From an uncultured bacterium (lineage in GTDB: Bacteria; Abyssobacteria; SURF-5): DNA of 63,381 nt. This document shows positions 55,441 to 63,375 of this stretch, in pieces. Both the position numbers and the translations under genes were made by a program. The notes beneath the pieces were generated by a model. That model did not search any database. It worked only from the letters and a program-made list of their open reading frames with translations, and was not told the origin of the DNA. The number at the start of each line of letters is the position of its first letter. Position 1 is the first letter of the stretch. The stretch is from contig CAYVDS010000005.1 of the NCBI GenBank assembly GCA_964450145.1, positions 1-63,381 of the forward strand. Direction: 5' to 3'.

Positions 55441-56613
55441 TCATGAACTCCTTATTGGATATTCGCCGTATTCACGGTTAGCCTTTAACATCGTCAGGAA
55501 ATTCTCGGCCGGGATGCCACTGTGGATCGAGTTGCTCGAGCTGAGCACGTATCCGCCACCCGGCGCACAATCGCGAATACATTGGCGTACGGCCTTCACG
55601 ATGTCCACTTTGCTGCCGTTTGTCAGGAGGTCGCCGCAGTCGATGTTGCCGAGCAGCGTAATCCTATCGCCGTATTGTTTCTTGAGGCGCGCGATATCCA
55701 TTCCGGCGCTCGGCTCGATGGCGTGGTAGCCGTCGACGCCGCATTCGAGGAGCAGTTCGCGCTCGATGTTCTCGATGTTGCCGTCGGTATGCTTGAAGAA
55801 GGGAAGCCCGCGCGCGTGGCATTTATCCGTTATCCGGCGTAATTGAGGGAATATGAATCGCCGGAACATCGCGGGTGAGAACAGCGTGGTCGAGTGATAC
55901 GCGAAATCGACGCCGCCAATAAAGCCGTCGACACCCGCCTCCGCCTCAGCGTCGATAAGGGTGAGCATTTCAGTCGTTGTCGCCTCGAAATATCGGGCAA
56001 TGAGTTCGGGCTCAAGGGCCATACATTCGAGGAACAGAGGCTGCCAACTCGCTTCGGAGGGGAACAGCACATCGGCGTCACCGAGAATGAAGAATCTGTC
56101 GAGCGCAGGTTCGAGGACCGCTTTAAGTCCGGCCATCAAATCGGGCGATACAAGGGCCGGGCGTTTTTCGAGCCATTCGACGTACTGGCGCAAAGCATCA
56201 ACGCCTTCTTGCTTGATTCTCGAATCGATTTCCGAGTGGTAGTCGGATTCGGGATGGTAGGCGATGATGCGCCAGAAGCCCGAGTCGGGCTCGGTATATT
56301 TCCACTGATTGGGAGCTATCAATTCGACGGTTTCATTGGTAAGCGGAAGCGTGGGCATCGGCAGGATATCCAGTTCGAGGTGCGAGTAGAACTCGATCCA
56401 GTCGCTAAAGATTTTGAGGGCGAGTTCGAGTGTCCGGCCTTCCGCCATCCACTCAGAGAAGACCTTTCCGACGAGCCAGCCGCCGAAGCCGACGTACATC
56501 TGCCGCCCCATGATGTCGGAAGCGACGGGCGAGTTGATTGAGAGTTCGAACACGGGAACCCGGTCGGGCTCCCGGTGCGCCACGGCGGCGCGTACGCGTT
56601 CTGTGGAGTTCAT
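55441..56613 (-). CDS. uroporphyrinogen-decarboxylase-family methyltransferase (MtaA/MtvB/O-demethylase-like)
   Basis: 390 aa. EPDRVPVFE...HTDGNIENI...GVDGYHAIEPSAGMD...ITLLGNID is the URO-D fold used by substrate:corrinoid methyltransferases. Confidence 0.8.
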   Translation of the reverse strand: MNSTERVRAAVAHREPDRVPVFELSINSPVASDIMGRQMYVGFGGWLVGKVFSEWMAEGRTLELALKIFSDWIEFYSHLELDILPMPTLPLTNETVELIAPNQWKYTEPDSGFWRIIAYHPESDYHSEIDSRIKQEGVDALRQYVEWLEKRPALVSPDLMAGLKAVLEPALDRFFILGDADVLFPSEASWQPLFLECMALEPELIARYFEATTTEMLTLIDAEAEAGVDGFIGGVDFAYHSTTLFSPAMFRRFIFPQLRRITDKCHARGLPFFKHTDGNIENIERELLLECGVDGYHAIEPSAGMDIARLKKQYGDRITLLGNIDCGDLLTNGSKVDIVKAVRQCIRDCAPGGGYVLSSSNSIHSGIPAENFLTMLKANREYGEYPIRSS

Positions 56614-56653
56614 TGTTCAGACCAAGGTCGAGTCGCAAAACAAAAAAACTGCA

Positions 56654-56694
56654 ATTATTCGGGGACACCATGCCGCATGGTGTCCCCGAATAAT
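56654..56694. repeat. family B palindrome
   Basis: ATTATTCGGGGACACCATGCCGCATGGTGTCCCCGAATAAT, between the corrinoid protein and URO-D genes. Confidence 0.9.
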
Positions 56695-56734
56695 TTAGCG
56701 CCTGCGCGAGAATGACTTGCGCATCCGACCTTAT

Positions 56735-57370
56735 TCACAGGCCGAGAAGCGCCTTCGCCTTGTCGACGGCCGAGGCGGCGTCGGGCGCGTAGCCGTCGGC
56801 CCCGATTTCGCTCGCATAGCGTTGTGTGACCGGCGCGCCTCCGATCATGACTTTCACTTTCTTCAGAAGGCCGGCCTTCTGGAGTTCGTCTATTGTCGCC
56901 TTCATCGAGGGCATGGTCGTCGTCAGCAGGGCGGACATTCCGATGAGGTTTACGCCCTCCGTCTTGGCGGCTTCGACGAATTTCTGTGGAGTCACGTCGA
57001 TTCCCAGATCGACCACTTTGAATCCGTTGCCGCGCATCATCATGCTCACCAGATTCTTGCCGATATCGTGGAGGTCGCCGCGTACCGTTCCCATCGCTAT
57101 TGTGCCGACTGGTTTGATCCCCGCTTTGACGAGGAGAGGTTCGAGCACCTTCATCCCGGTATGCATCGCGCGGGCCGCAATAAGAACTTCCGGCACATAG
57201 ATTTCGTTGTTCTTGAAACGTTCGCCCACCACCTGCATCCCCGCGATGAGGCCGTCTTCAAGTATCTGCTTGACCCCAATTCCCGCGTTCACCGCCTCCT
57301 TGGTCATTTTCTCGACGGCGGGAGCATCGCCCCTCATCAGGGCTGATGCAAGTTCTTTCAAGTCGGCCAT
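56735..57370 (-). CDS. corrinoid (cobalamin-binding) protein
   Basis: 211 aa. B12-binding_2 cap helix bundle plus Rossmann domain with the DxHxxG motif GDLHDIGKN. GGGAGG RBS. Confidence 0.9.
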   Translation of the reverse strand: MADLKELASALMRGDAPAVEKMTKEAVNAGIGVKQILEDGLIAGMQVVGERFKNNEIYVPEVLIAARAMHTGMKVLEPLLVKAGIKPVGTIAMGTVRGDLHDIGKNLVSMMMRGNGFKVVDLGIDVTPQKFVEAAKTEGVNLIGMSALLTTTMPSMKATIDELQKAGLLKKVKVMIGGAPVTQRYASEIGADGYAPDAASAVDKAKALLGL

Positions 57371-57436
57371 GCAATCCTCCCTTCGGATAACAAAACGAAG
57401 TTCTTTTCACACCATTTCGCGAAACAGCCTAAAACC

Positions 57437-57506
57437 GTGCGAATAAATTCAAACCTGCAATAATTCGGCCACAGTTCGCAGGGCCTGCGGGCGCCAACTT
57501 ATTCGC
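57437..57506. repeat. family A doublet (degenerate)
   Basis: GTGCGAATAAATTCAAACCTGCAA - spacer - CCAACTTATTCGCACAA. Confidence 0.6.
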
Positions 57507-57612
57507 ACAAACCATCTCAAGAATCGAACCGTGTTTTCACTCGGGGAGACAAAAAGAAAGCGTGATATGTGCGCCAACTGGGGCAGACTATATCACGCCG
57601 TAAGCGCCGGAG

Positions 57613-58083
57613 TCAAGCGAGGCTCGGGAGATGAATGATGATCTTTTCCTCGCCCGAATCGCTGACGCCGGTGGACAAGTCGAGGTCGATTTCCTGAGTT
57701 TTCACGCCGACGACGAGCTTGCCCTTGCGTTTGGTTTCGTCCATTCCCGTCATCTCTTCGATTTCGTCGAAGAGGCTGGCCATCACCTCTTCGGCCGGGG
57801 CGGGAAGATCATAAAACTGTTCGCCCGCCATTCTGCAGAGCGCGCGATCAGGCGCCTTGCGGACAAAGGATATGTCCTTCGCGCCTACGTCGATTCCGTA
57901 CAGGAGCACGAGCGCAAAGTAACGAAGCGCCTCGTCGGGAAAATCCTCGCGCAACCGGTTCCTCAATTGAGGAGTGGAGAACTCCTCCAGCTCTTTCTTG
58001 TGGTCGCTATCCAGGAAACAATCGAGAAATTCCTGCAGTTTGACATGCGGGCTTCTCGTCCTCTGTATGCTCTGAGCATCCAT
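57613..58083 (-). CDS. hypothetical protein with GspE/PilB N2-like domain only (no ATPase core)
   Basis: ATG 58083 follows AGAGAGGTG. GAKDISFVRK...RMAGEQFYDLPAPAEEVMASLFDEIEEMTGMDETKRKGKL...IDLDLST...GEEKIIIHL parallels GASDIHIE...R.DG....P......L..RIK.MA.LDIAE.R.PQDG....VD.RVST.P...GE.VV.RL of T2SS/T4P ATPases. No Walker motifs. Confidence 0.4.
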   Translation of the reverse strand: MDAQSIQRTRSPHVKLQEFLDCFLDSDHKKELEEFSTPQLRNRLREDFPDEALRYFALVLLYGIDVGAKDISFVRKAPDRALCRMAGEQFYDLPAPAEEVMASLFDEIEEMTGMDETKRKGKLVVGVKTQEIDLDLSTGVSDSGEEKIIIHLPSLA

Positions 58084-58284
58084 TTTTGCACCTCTCTTTT
58101 CCGCGCGATGTGTGAAACGTTCTTGAAGCATGCTTCTTACAAAAATTCTATCAGCAATTGAGAATATTCGCTACGGGGAGTGGCAGCGGAATGTCTTGCA
58201 CTTTGTGAGTTGGGTTGCCTTGAAAACCCAAGAGAAATTTAATAGAATCCATCCGACTTCACGCCGCATAGACCCGGTATTGTG

Positions 58285-58357
58285 AGAAAATCGGGGACAC
58301 GATGCGGCATCATGTCCCCCATTTTCTGGCGTGCGGCATCGTGTCCCCCATTTTCGC
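58285..58357. repeat. family B: full palindrome plus half unit
   Basis: GAAAATCGGGGACACGATGCGGCATCATGTCCCCCATTTTC then GCGGCATCGTGTCCCCCATTTTCGC. Confidence 0.85.
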
Positions 58358-58383
58358 TGGAAAATCAATAGATAGGAATTCCT

Positions 58384-59853
58384 ATGACCGTCAACAGCAA
58401 TCTGGATGCGCTCTTCAAACCGAAAACGGTGGCCATAATAGGGGCCTCGACGAATCCGGCGAAGTGGGGCTTCAATTTCATGCTCTATCTGCTTCACGGA
58501 GGATACCGGGGGAAATGTTATCCCATCAATCCTTCGGGTGGCGAGATTCTCGGCCACAAAAGTTATGCGAGCGTGCTTGAAGTCCCCGAAGAGATCGACC
58601 TCGCATTCATTTTGATTCCGCCCGAAGCGGCGCTGTCGGCGCTCAGGCAATGCGCTCAGAAACGCGTCCGCTCCTGTGTGGTCGTGACCGCCGGTTTTGG
58701 CGAATTGGGCGAGCAGGGCGGGCGTTTGCAGGAATCACTTATAGAAATAGCGCGCGAGGCCGAAATCGCGCTGGTAGGCCCGAACTGCGCGGGAATCACG
58801 AGTCCGGAGCCCATGCGGCTCTATTGCACGATGCAGCCGAACTTCCCGCAGCCCGGCCATATTGCCGTCTTCTCCCAGAGCGGCAATATCGGAGGCTCGA
58901 TACAACGGGTTTGCGACACCCACGACATCGGGATCAGCCGCTTTGTCAGTACCGGCAACGAATCGGTCCTCAAGAGCGCGGATTACCTCGATTATTTCGC
59001 GCAAGACGAACAGACCAAGGTGGTCGTCGGTTACATAGAGGGCGTGGCTGACGGCGGCCGATTCTTCAAAGCGGCCAGAAACCTCACGCGCAGGAAGCCT
59101 CTGGTCCTGATTAAAGCAGGCCGGACTGCCGTCGGCGCAAAAGCGGCCAAATCGCACACAGGCGCGCTCGCAGGCTCTGACGGCATCTTTGAGGGCCTGT
59201 GCCGGCAATGCGGCATCATCCGCGTTTCGAATATCGACGAGATGTTCGACATCGCGACGGCGCTCGTGGCGCAGCCGCTTCCGAGGGGAAACCGTGTGGG
59301 CATAGTCGCCAACGGCGGCGGCTGGGGGGTGCTCACAGCCGACGCCTGCATCGCGGCTGGACTCGAGGTGGCGCCCCTGCCGGAGGAAACACTTCAGGAG
59401 TTGGACAAACGGCTCCCGCCTTGGTGGGGAAGACAGAATCCGGTGGACCTCGTTGGCGGAATCAGTCGCGGCGCGTTTTTCAAAGCGATCGAAGCGCTCG
59501 CGAAATCTCCCGCGCTCGACGGCGTGATATCGCTCGGATTCGGGTATGCCGCCAGCATCGCGGAAATCTACAGAAACGTTACAACTCTCGGCAAGACTGG
59601 CGAGCGTATCGCCGACGACATGCTGGCGTCCGATATGCGCGGCCAAAGCTTACTCGTGGACGTGACCGCGCAAAGCGCAAAGCCCGTCATACTGGCCTCG
59701 GAGAATGCGTACGGGGTCGACCGCGAGAAGAACGACGCGATCATAGCCCTCAGGAAGAAAGGGGTTGTCGTGTACCCCTCACCCGACCGCGCCGCAAACG
59801 TTTTCGCGAAGATGCTGGAATACAGCCGCTACTTGAAGTCGGTGTTGGCATAA
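58384..59853 (+). CDS. ADP-forming acyl/acetyl-CoA synthetase, alpha (CoA-binding/ligase) subunit
   Basis: 489 aa. KTVAIIGAS CoA-binding Rossmann, GPNCAGI, SQSGNIG, phospho-His loop KSHTGALAG. No ATP-grasp (beta) partner in the window. Confidence 0.8.
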   Translation: MTVNSNLDALFKPKTVAIIGASTNPAKWGFNFMLYLLHGGYRGKCYPINPSGGEILGHKSYASVLEVPEEIDLAFILIPPEAALSALRQCAQKRVRSCVVVTAGFGELGEQGGRLQESLIEIAREAEIALVGPNCAGITSPEPMRLYCTMQPNFPQPGHIAVFSQSGNIGGSIQRVCDTHDIGISRFVSTGNESVLKSADYLDYFAQDEQTKVVVGYIEGVADGGRFFKAARNLTRRKPLVLIKAGRTAVGAKAAKSHTGALAGSDGIFEGLCRQCGIIRVSNIDEMFDIATALVAQPLPRGNRVGIVANGGGWGVLTADACIAAGLEVAPLPEETLQELDKRLPPWWGRQNPVDLVGGISRGAFFKAIEALAKSPALDGVISLGFGYAASIAEIYRNVTTLGKTGERIADDMLASDMRGQSLLVDVTAQSAKPVILASENAYGVDREKNDAIIALRKKGVVVYPSPDRAANVFAKMLEYSRYLKSVLA

Positions 59854-59878
59854 TCGGCTCCGCCCATAGAAAGTCAAA

Positions 59879-59907
59879 CCACAAAGGCGCTAGAGCGCAA
59901 AGATGAG
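59879..59907 (+). repeat. family D (degenerate)
   Basis: CCACAAAGGCGCTAGAGCGCAAAGATGAG. Confidence 0.55.
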
Positions 59908-59938
59908 GGAGACAAAAGACGAAGAAAAAGCAAGAAAC

Positions 59939-60029
59939 GTCATTCTGAGCGAAGCAAAGAATCTCTGTTTACAATTGGAAATTTGTAAGAAAATGAGAGA
60001 TTCTTCGTCGCTCCGCTCCTCAGAATGAC
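59939..60029. repeat. long hairpin (GTCATTCTGAGCGAAGC...CTCAGAATGAC type)
   Basis: GTCATTCTGAGCGAAGCAAAGAATCTCT - 30 nt - AGAGATTCTTCGTCGCTCCGCTCCTCAGAATGAC. Confidence 0.7.
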
Positions 60030-60270
60030 AATTCTGACAGAGCTATCAAGCGGAATCTCATTCGGCCAACACGCCGACATGATCCACGACTTTCTTGCTG
60101 CCTTTTCGCCTTTTCCCCCTTTAACCTTTTCCCTACTCTTCTCTTTTGCCTTTCGCCTCTTTCTTGCGTTGCCGGGATTGCGCGTTTGGAAGAGGCGTGA
60201 TATGTTTGAAACAGTTATCTGTTTGCTCCCCGGTGTGTGAATAGATTTACCCGCCGAAAGGAGGACGCCA

Positions 60271-60999
60271 ATGCCGCTGAACAAGGGGGGCTTATTCCTT
60301 TCGAGGCGGGGTTTCCTCAAAGCATCCGCTGCGGGGGCGTGGGTTTTTGCTGCGTCGTACCCGACATTTTTCTGTGCAGAAGCAGGAACGAGAACATCGA
60401 CATCGAAAGAGGAGGCAAAAATGGCTTACGAAGCGAAGGATTTCAGCAGTTTGCTCGGCATGGAAGGTTTCAGCGACACCCTGCTCAACAATCACTTCAC
60501 GCTGTATAAGGGCTACGTCACCAACACCAACAAGGCTCTCGAAACCCTCGAAGGTATGCTCAAGGGCGACAAGATCGGCTACGAGTACGGCGAGGTGAAG
60601 CGGCGGCTCGGATGGGAATTCAACGGGATGCGTCTGCACGAGCTCTATTTCGGTAATCTGGGCGGGAAGGGCGCGATTGACAAGAACGGCAAGCTTGCCA
60701 AGAAACTGGCAGAAGACTTCGGCAGTTACGACCTGTGGGAAAAAGATTTCAAAGCCGTCGGCGCGATGAGAGGTATCGGATGGGTCGGACTCTACCAGGA
60801 TAACAGGAACGGCAAGCTCATCAACTTCTGGATCAATGAACACGATGTTGGGAACCCCTCGGGCTGCATTCCGATTCTCATCATGGACGTGTTCGAACAT
60901 GCCTATATGACGGATTATCAGTTGAAAAGACCCGATTATATCGCAGCTTTCTTCAAGAATATCAATTGGGCGGCGGTCGAGAAAAGGTTGATGAAGTAG
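60271..60999 (+). CDS. Fe/Mn superoxide dismutase with twin-arginine signal peptide
   Basis: AGGAGG RBS. Tat motif SRRGFLK and an AEA cleavage site. The four metal ligands appear present (LNNHFTLY, MRLHELYF, DVFEHAY). Confidence 0.85.
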   Translation: MPLNKGGLFLSRRGFLKASAAGAWVFAASYPTFFCAEAGTRTSTSKEEAKMAYEAKDFSSLLGMEGFSDTLLNNHFTLYKGYVTNTNKALETLEGMLKGDKIGYEYGEVKRRLGWEFNGMRLHELYFGNLGGKGAIDKNGKLAKKLAEDFGSYDLWEKDFKAVGAMRGIGWVGLYQDNRNGKLINFWINEHDVGNPSGCIPILIMDVFEHAYMTDYQLKRPDYIAAFFKNINWAAVEKRLMK

Positions 61000-61060
61000 G
61001 ACGGGATATCTCAGGCCGCAGGCTCTTGGAAGCCTGTTACACGCTCATGCTGGAATGTGA

Positions 61061-61110
61061 GTGCAAATCCCCCCTCACCCCCCTTTGCAAAGGGGGGAAG
61101 GGGGTTTTAA
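61061..61110. repeat. family C palindrome
   Basis: GTGCAAATCCCCCCTCACCCCCCTTTGCAAAGGGGGGAAGGGGGTTTTA. Confidence 0.85.
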
Positions 61111-61186
61111 TCTACGCTTTACGGTTGAAGAGAAACAAAACCTTGCCGGAGACTGTCCCGCAATTACACATTCGGGTTGGATTATT

Positions 61187-61261
61187 GTAAGTGCGAATTT
61201 ATTCGCACAATATTTCCGGGCATCTTGTGCGCCACGAATGCGAATAAATTCGCACCTACAG
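61187..61261. repeat. family A doublet
   Basis: GTAAGTGCGAATTTATTCGCACAATATTTCCGG.. - spacer - ATGCGAATAAATTCGCACCTACAG. The left flank is near-identical to the copy at 26224. Confidence 0.85.
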
Positions 61262-61324
61262 AATCGCGAGACGCTCTCAAGAGGAAATCTGAGTCTACTG
61301 TTTCCGGTTGAAAAGAAACAAATT

Positions 61325-61371
61325 TCCCTCACCCCTCCCCTTTTGTAAAGGGGGGAAGGGGGGATTTGCAC
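61325..61371. repeat. family C palindrome
   Basis: TCCCTCACCCCTCCCCTTTTGTAAAGGGGGGAAGGGGGGATTTGCAC. Confidence 0.85.
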
Positions 61372-61527
61372 TACTCGAGGCGATTTTCTCTCTTGCAGAG
61401 GCAACCTTTACAAATTAGTCGATCCCCCTGCAGTCACTCTCCTGTTGGGCAAGGAAACACGATCCCATCTGGCATTTTCATACAAAACCCCCGATAGACA
61501 TACTATGATAAAAAGGGGGTGTTTCAA

Positions 61528-61821
61528 ATGCCGAAGTACGATAGTGAACGCCTCGTCCGTGATATAGAGAAAAAGAAGGATAAAGTGCCGTCCCTGTCCG
61601 ACACGCAATTGAAAAAAGAGGTCTCGCACTTAAACAAGCTCTTGCAGTCGAGCCTGCCCGATTGCTTGCGCCAGCGGGCCGAAAGGATCGTCGCAGCCAG
61701 AAACCCGGAGAAGATAGAGACCGAGATCGAACGTTTCAATTTCGAGGCGCGATGGTTCCAACTCCTGCTTGATTACGAGAGGCGAGTTGCGAAAGAAGCC
61801 GAGAAACGGAAGATCGCTTGA
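61528..61821 (+). CDS. hypothetical coiled-coil protein
   Basis: ATG (ORF-track start +9) about 7 nt after GGGGGTG. 97 aa, charged and helical. Confidence 0.4.
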   Translation: MPKYDSERLVRDIEKKKDKVPSLSDTQLKKEVSHLNKLLQSSLPDCLRQRAERIVAARNPEKIETEIERFNFEARWFQLLLDYERRVAKEAEKRKIA

Positions 61822-61878
61822 ACACAGGACAGGGAAGAGACGAAAGGAGCAAGGGGAAAAGGGAAAAATAAAACAATA

Positions 61879-63375
61879 TTACCTGCTCTCGATTTTCGTA
61901 AAATCAGGCTTCTGTGTGTGATACTCCGTGTTTTGTTCGAAGGTATAGGCAGCGCGAAACAGCGTTTGCTCGTCGAAAGCTCTGCCTATTATCTGGAGTC
62001 CGATGGGTAGGCGAGTCGATGAGAAGCCGCAGGGTACAACCATTCCAGGCAGCCCAGTCAGATTGACGGAGAGCGTGAACACGTCGGAGAGATACATCTG
62101 GAGCGGGTCGCCGACTTTCTCGCCAATGAGAAAGGCGGGCGTGGGCGTGGTGGGAATCATCACTACGTCGCACTTCTTGAAAGCTTCCTCGAAGTCGTTC
62201 TTAATGAGAGTCCGAACCTTCTGCGCTTTGAGGTAATAGGCGTCGTAATAGCCGGAGCTGAGCGCGAACGTGCCGAGCATGATTCGCCTCTTTACCTCGG
62301 GCCCGAATCCCTCGCTCTTGGTTTTGTAGTACATCTCCAGGAGGTTCTCGCGCTCGGGATGGCGATACCCGTACTTCACGCCGTCGTAACGGGCGAGGTT
62401 CGAGCTTGCCTCGGCGGGGGCTACGATGTAGTAGGCCGCGAGCGCGTAGCCGTAATGCGGCAGCGAAATCTCCACGCTCTCGGCGCCAAACTCTTCAAGC
62501 AGCTTGATCGCCGCCCGGATCGACTTTTCGACCTCGGGGTCCAGTCCTTCCTGAAAATACTCGCGGGGCACTCCCATCCTCAAACCCCTAACGTCGGTCG
62601 TCAGGCTCTTTGTGAAATCGGGGCATTCGACTTCGGCCGAGGTCGAGTCCCGCAGGTCATGCCCCCCAATAACGTTCATAAGAAGCGCGCAATCCGTGAC
62701 GTCGCGTGTGAGCGGACCGATCTGGTCGAGCGACGACGCAAAGGCGACGAGGCCGTAGCGCGAGACACGGCCATACGTTGGCTTGAGACCGACAATTCCA
62801 CAGAAGGCGGCGGGTTGGCGTATCGAGCCGCCTGTGTCGGAGCCAAGCGCCACAATCGCTTCGCCGGCGGCCACTGCGGCAGCCGAACCGCCGCTTGAAC
62901 CCCCGGGCGCGCGCTCGGGGTCCCACGGATTGCGGGTGGGCCCGAAGGCCGAGTTCTCGGTCGAGGAGCCCATCGCGAACTCATCGAGATTCGTTTTCCC
63001 GACGATTATGCAATCGGCAGCCCGGAGTTTTTCGACCACAGTCGCATCATATGGCGCAATGAATCCCTTGAGTATCTTCGACGAACACGTTGTTTCCGTG
63101 CCGGTCATGCACATGTTGTCTTTGAGGGCGAGCGGGATGCCTGCGAGCGGCTGAATCCGCTCTCCCGCCTTCACTTTCCTGTCAACTCTCTCCGCTGTTT
63201 TCAATGCTGTGTCGCGCAGAACCGCCAGGTAAGCCTTGATGACATTGTCACGCCTTTCGATATTGCGCAGCACGGTTTCGGTTATCTCGACCGACGTCGT
63301 TTCGCCGGAGATAATCATCTTATGCATTTCGTGCGCGGGCAACAAAGCGATATCTTGTTCGCCTTCCCGGTTCAT
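61879..63375 (-). CDS. gatA: Asp-tRNA(Asn)/Glu-tRNA(Gln) amidotransferase subunit A
   Basis: 498 aa. Amidase signature [22 protein letters not shown]. Confidence 0.95.
   Translation of the reverse strand: MNREGEQDIALLPAHEMHKMIISGETTSVEITETVLRNIERRDNVIKAYLAVLRDTALKTAERVDRKVKAGERIQPLAGIPLALKDNMCMTGTETTCSSKILKGFIAPYDATVVEKLRAADCIIVGKTNLDEFAMGSSTENSAFGPTRNPWDPERAPGGSSGGSAAAVAAGEAIVALGSDTGGSIRQPAAFCGIVGLKPTYGRVSRYGLVAFASSLDQIGPLTRDVTDCALLMNVIGGHDLRDSTSAEVECPDFTKSLTTDVRGLRMGVPREYFQEGLDPEVEKSIRAAIKLLEEFGAESVEISLPHYGYALAAYYIVAPAEASSNLARYDGVKYGYRHPERENLLEMYYKTKSEGFGPEVKRRIMLGTFALSSGYYDAYYLKAQKVRTLIKNDFEEAFKKCDVVMIPTTPTPAFLIGEKVGDPLQMYLSDVFTLSVNLTGLPGMVVPCGFSSTRLPIGLQIIGRAFDEQTLFRAAYTFEQNTEYHTQKPDFTKIESR

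Noticed and set aside
58384-59853. ACD alpha subunit lacking its ATP-grasp beta partner as a sign of a novel enzyme
   Set aside because: Alpha and beta subunits of ADP-forming acyl-CoA synthetases are frequently encoded at separate loci. Absence from a 63-kb window is not informative.
61061-61348. ORFs made of repeat sequence (61061-61348, 2262-2456, 2213-2425, 26279-26566, 31131-31433, 59940-60320, 60025-60240, 14188-14403, 58171-58650)
   Set aside because: Their translations are the recurring repeat footprints (MRINSHLQN, PPL.KGG.GG, GDTMPHGVP / NRGHD..SCPRF). They lack RBSs and sit in spacers between well-supported genes.
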